Origin: Gloeobacterales cyanobacterium
GTDB taxonomy: Bacteria > Cyanobacteriota > Cyanobacteriia > Gloeobacterales > PMM-0068
Assembly: GCA_038245785.1 (NCBI GenBank)
Contig: JBBRSB010000007.1
Span: forward strand, 32,001-96,000
Direction of reading: 5' to 3'
Length of the DNA: 64,000 bases
Within the stretch, counting starts at the first letter, position 1. Each line of letters starts with the position of its first letter. The notes below the pieces were generated by a model. The model was not told where the DNA came from and did no database searches. It saw nothing but the letters and a program-made list of their open reading frames with translations. A program made the translations under genes and the position numbers. Below are positions 60,634 through 64,000 of this stretch, piece after piece.

Positions 60634-60938
60634 TGCGCCCAGCCCTTGACCCCCTTACATTCCCCGATGCAGCCTTCCAAGGTGACACGCTGGTAGTTAC
60701 GGTCGAAGGCCGTAATTTAGCTAACATTCATACCGCTCATGTTCGACCGGCTAAGGGGATGACGATTTCCTTAGGAGACCCCTTGGGCAAGGGCAAGCAG
60801 CCTATAAAGGCAAGTGCTGATCAATTAACCCTAACGCTTGAAATAGACCGCTCAACCCCGCCTGGAGAAAAATGGTTGTGGGTAGAGTCTGAGTATGGCA
60901 ATAGCCCTCAGCTAATGTTGATCGTCATGTTGCTGTAG
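60633..60938 (+). CDS. Hypothetical protein (Ig/IPT-like beta fold)
   Basis: QGDTLVVTVEGRNL...LTLTLEID...PGEKWLWVES pattern. Confidence 0.55.
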   Translation: MRPALDPLTFPDAAFQGDTLVVTVEGRNLANIHTAHVRPAKGMTISLGDPLGKGKQPIKASADQLTLTLEIDRSTPPGEKWLWVESEYGNSPQLMLIVMLL

Positions 60939-60957
60939 CATCCTTTCCCCAACCCCG

Positions 60958-61575
60958 TTAAGCTTTTCTTTTGAAAGAATCAAAAAACGTTTTGACTTCA
61001 TCACTTTCTAGATCTTTAGCTTCTTTGACGGTGTAGATAATCTGATAAAGCTTGTTTTTGTCCATAATGTAATCGACACGACCATAGAACTTTTCTTGGT
61101 CCCGAACTCCTTCTACCCGTAAACTCCGATGTTTTTGGCTATCTGGAGAAGTTATATCTTTTTGAGAAGTTATCTGCCCACCATTTTTCTTGACCCGTTC
61201 TGCCAACACGTTAAACAAGTCAGTAGAGGACTTATTTTTGAGTATTTTTGTGTTAGAAAGGTCTGACACAATAACCGTGACTAGGCTGACTCCTTTGGCG
61301 AGTCGAGTCGCATTAAACGTGCTAGAAACCGCTGACTCTTCGCCAAAATCAATGAGAGAATCAGTCTTAGGGACTAGACGAAATCCCCCAGGGTAAACCA
61401 AGCTAAAATCAGAGCCTTCTGGAGAAACCGTCTTTGATTCCACAGGGACAAGACTAGATAGGGCACCACAGCTGACACAAAGCAGTAACGTCATTCCACT
61501 CAGAGCCGTCCCTAATTTGTTGAAAAGTGGACTCTTCTGGCTCCTAATCCCCCGAATATTCCCTCTAACGCTCAT
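60958..61575 (-). CDS. Hypothetical lipoprotein (start uncertain)
   Basis: LLLCVSC lipobox-like motif and C-terminal NKLYQI...VKTFFDSFK. Confidence 0.65.
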   Translation of the reverse strand: MSVRGNIRGIRSQKSPLFNKLGTALSGMTLLLCVSCGALSSLVPVESKTVSPEGSDFSLVYPGGFRLVPKTDSLIDFGEESAVSSTFNATRLAKGVSLVTVIVSDLSNTKILKNKSSTDLFNVLAERVKKNGGQITSQKDITSPDSQKHRSLRVEGVRDQEKFYGRVDYIMDKNKLYQIIYTVKEAKDLESDEVKTFFDSFKRKA

Positions 61576-61597
61576 TTCCCTACGGCCCCAGAACCTC

Positions 61598-62569
61598 ATG
61601 ACAGAAGACTATCACGCATCCCCCACTGAATTTACGCCTATCCCCCAAGCCCCGAAAGGATTCAAATCGGGCTTTGTCGGCATTGTCGGCAGACCCAATG
61701 TCGGAAAATCCACTTTGATGAACCGCTTAATCGGCGAGAAAGTAGCGATCACTTCTCCGGTGGCTCAGACCACCCGCAATCGATTGCAGGGGGTGCTCAC
61801 AACGCCCAATGCCCAAATCATCTTTGTGGACACGCCAGGAATTCACAAGCCCCATCATCTTTTGGGAGAAGTGCTCGTCTTCAATGCCCAGCAAGTGATC
61901 AATAGCGTGGATCTGCTGCTATTCATTGTCGATAGCACCGAACCCCCAGGCCCTGGAGATCACTTTATTGCAGAGCAACTGCAACACACCTCGGTTCCGG
62001 TCCTGATTATTGCCAATAAAGTAGACCAGCGTTCTCCCAAACGCGCCCTAGACCTGCAGCAGGGCTATCGAGAATTATTAGAGCCCTATCGAGAACCGAT
62101 TCCTGTCTCCGCGAGAACGGGTAAGGGCATGGAGAAATTACTCACCGCCATTGGCAATCGCTTACCCAAAGGCCCCTATTACTATCCACCGGACTATCTC
62201 ACTGACCAGCCAGAACGCTTCATCTGTGCAGAACTGATCCGGGAACAGGTGCTCTTGCTGACAGAACAGGAAATCCCTCACTCCGTAGCCGTAGTCATCG
62301 AATCGATGAAAGTCCGGCCTGCCCACACCCGCAAAAATTCTCCAATGATTACGCATATCCAGGCGGCTATTCATGTCGAGCGAGATTCCCAGAAAGGCAT
62401 CTTGATTGGCAAAGAAGGCCGCATGCTCAAAGAAATTGGCACTCAGTCCCGCAAACGCATGGAAAAGCTGGTGGACGGCTCCATATTTCTAGAACTCTTT
62501 GTGAAAGTAAATCCCCGCTGGCGTTCTTCGAATCAAGCCTTGAAAGAATTTGGCTACAAGAAAGAGTAA
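61598..62569 (+). CDS. era: GTPase Era
   Basis: GRPNVGKSTL, QTTRN, DTPG, NKVD, SQKGILIGKEG KH domain. Start moved to 61598. Confidence 0.97.
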   Translation: MTEDYHASPTEFTPIPQAPKGFKSGFVGIVGRPNVGKSTLMNRLIGEKVAITSPVAQTTRNRLQGVLTTPNAQIIFVDTPGIHKPHHLLGEVLVFNAQQVINSVDLLLFIVDSTEPPGPGDHFIAEQLQHTSVPVLIIANKVDQRSPKRALDLQQGYRELLEPYREPIPVSARTGKGMEKLLTAIGNRLPKGPYYYPPDYLTDQPERFICAELIREQVLLLTEQEIPHSVAVVIESMKVRPAHTRKNSPMITHIQAAIHVERDSQKGILIGKEGRMLKEIGTQSRKRMEKLVDGSIFLELFVKVNPRWRSSNQALKEFGYKKE

Positions 62570-62672
62570 CCCCTCAGTCCCTCAACCCCTCAGTTCTAAT
62601 CTGGCACCCGCAACTTTCTCTTCCCAGAAAGGGCTCCCCTTGAGGGGAGCTGTCCCGCAGGGACTGAGGGGT
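62569..62672. repeat. 104-bp element bounded by 14-bp perfect inverted repeats
   Basis: ACCCCTCAGTCCCT (62569) and AGGGACTGAGGGGT (62659), with internal GCTCCCCTTGAGGGGAGC hairpin. Confidence 0.7.
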
Positions 62673-62747
62673 CAGAATTCACAAAATATTGGTTGGACGG
62701 AACCCGCTCCAGAAAGGCTAGATTAGGCTTATTGGTGTGACAGGGAT

Positions 62748-64000
62748 ATGGCGTCTGAATTTTCTCCTCCGCGTAACAAATTTTTGAAGTCCTTCTTCAA
62801 CCCCAAATTTCTCTTCTTCGCCTTGCTCATCTTTGGGGTCGCCTCATGGATCGGGATTACCTGGGATCTGCCCAGTGCAGACCAGATCCGCAACTATGTC
62901 CCAAAATCCAGCGTCAAAATTCAGGCTGCGGATGGCTCAACTATTTATAACGGCGGGGCAGGACCAACCCGTAGAGTTTCCTATCAGGAAATCCCCAAAG
63001 ATCTGCGTGAGGCGATCGTCGCCACCGAAGACCGTCGCTTTTTTGAGCACAATGGAGTTGACTTCTTGGGAATTGGACGGGCACTGCTCCGAGATCTGCA
63101 ATCGGGAGGGCTAAAAGAAGGAGGGTCTACAATCACCCAGCAGCTAGCCCGGAATTTATTTTTGACTCAGGAGCGGACGCTCTGGCGCAAACTCAAAGAA
63201 GCAGCCATCGCTGCGCGCATTGAACAGGATTTTTCTAAAGAAGAAATTCTGACGCTCTATCTAAACCAGGTCTATCTGGGTTCAGGAGCCTATGGCGTTT
63301 CCGATGCTTCTCTCCTCTATTTCAATAAACCTGTTCAGCAATTGAAGCTCACGGAGTCTGCACTTCTAGCCGGTTTACCGCAAGCCCCCAGCCGTTACTC
63401 TCCGCTCATCAACAAGGAATTGGCCCGTAAACGGCGGGATATCGTGCTGAAAAACATGGTGGAAGCAGGATTTCTTAAACAAAGTGACTACCTCAAGGCC
63501 AAAGCCAGGCCCTTAACCATCAATCCCCGGCCGCAACTGCTTAAGAATCAGGCGGCCTATTTTACGTCCTATATCCAGTCCTTGTTGCCAGAAGTTTTGG
63601 GCACTACCGTTCAAGGAGGGCTAACCGTAGAAACCACCTTAGACCCTTTCATTCAAGCCCAAGCCCAGAGTGCCTTGACCCGAGCCTTAGCTCGCAATCA
63701 AGGGCGCAAAATAGAACAGGGAGCGATTGTTTCGATAGACCCCAACACCGGTGAAATCAGGGCTTTGGTCGGGGGGGAAGATTTTCAGAAAAGTCAATTT
63801 AACCGGGCGGTACAAGCCCTCCGCCAGCCAGGATCTGCGTTTAAGGTTTTTGTCTATACCCATGCCCTGGAGACAGGCATTGATCCTGGCACCGTCTATG
63901 TGGATGAACCCGTCCGCTTTGGCAATTATGAAGTCAAAAACTATGACCGGGATTATCAAGGCCCGATGACCTTAGTGAAGGCTTTGCAGGAATCTCGCAA
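62748..64000 (+). CDS. Class A penicillin-binding protein (PBP1A family), truncated by window end; missing from ORF track
   Basis: From ATG 62748: TM helix, ATEDRRFFEHNGVD, GGSTITQQLARN, RKLKE, YLNQVYLG, RQPGSAFK. Confidence 0.93.
   Translation, partial: MASEFSPPRNKFLKSFFNPKFLFFALLIFGVASWIGITWDLPSADQIRNYVPKSSVKIQAADGSTIYNGGAGPTRRVSYQEIPKDLREAIVATEDRRFFEHNGVDFLGIGRALLRDLQSGGLKEGGSTITQQLARNLFLTQERTLWRKLKEAAIAARIEQDFSKEEILTLYLNQVYLGSGAYGVSDASLLYFNKPVQQLKLTESALLAGLPQAPSRYSPLINKELARKRRDIVLKNMVEAGFLKQSDYLKAKARPLTINPRPQLLKNQAAYFTSYIQSLLPEVLGTTVQGGLTVETTLDPFIQAQAQSALTRALARNQGRKIEQGAIVSIDPNTGEIRALVGGEDFQKSQFNRAVQALRQPGSAFKVFVYTHALETGIDPGTVYVDEPVRFGNYEVKNYDRDYQGPMTLVKALQESR

Overview
Chromosomal window from a cyanobacterium. 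Evidence: a CpcS/CpeS-type phycobiliprotein lyase, an SLH-OprB porin, a pentapeptide protein and a cyanobacterial-type type I secretion (T1SS) trio. I spotted only one HIP1 octamer, which hints at an early-branching lineage, but I did not count. Core genes include mnmG, aroK, recQ, era, a HerA-like ATPase and a PBP1A that runs off the right end. Four accessory blocks stand out. (1) About 10.5-19.6 kb: an all-plus-strand defence/toxin-antitoxin island. It carries a 778-aa tandem NDT/TIR-like + P-loop ATPase protein, a REase-like protein, three intact TA pairs, several orphan antitoxins next to toxin remnants, and a 58-bp direct repeat. (2) About 19.6-31.1 kb: three signal-peptide-less phosphatases (PhoX-like, phytase-like/GDPD/RTX, PhoD) upstream of a T1SS, behind a Pho-box-like motif. 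(3) About 37.9-43.6 kb: a GH18-deacetylase-GT2 fusion, a GH46 chitosanase and an acyltransferase, a candidate chitosan-like polysaccharide locus. (4) About 48.9-54.1 kb: a phosphoesterase, a HhH DNA-binding protein and a porin. Intergenic regions hold nested palindromic mini-elements, with empty and filled versions in the same window. No rRNA, tRNA, CRISPR array, integrase or transposase was recognised. All product calls come from motif recognition by eye, not database searches.
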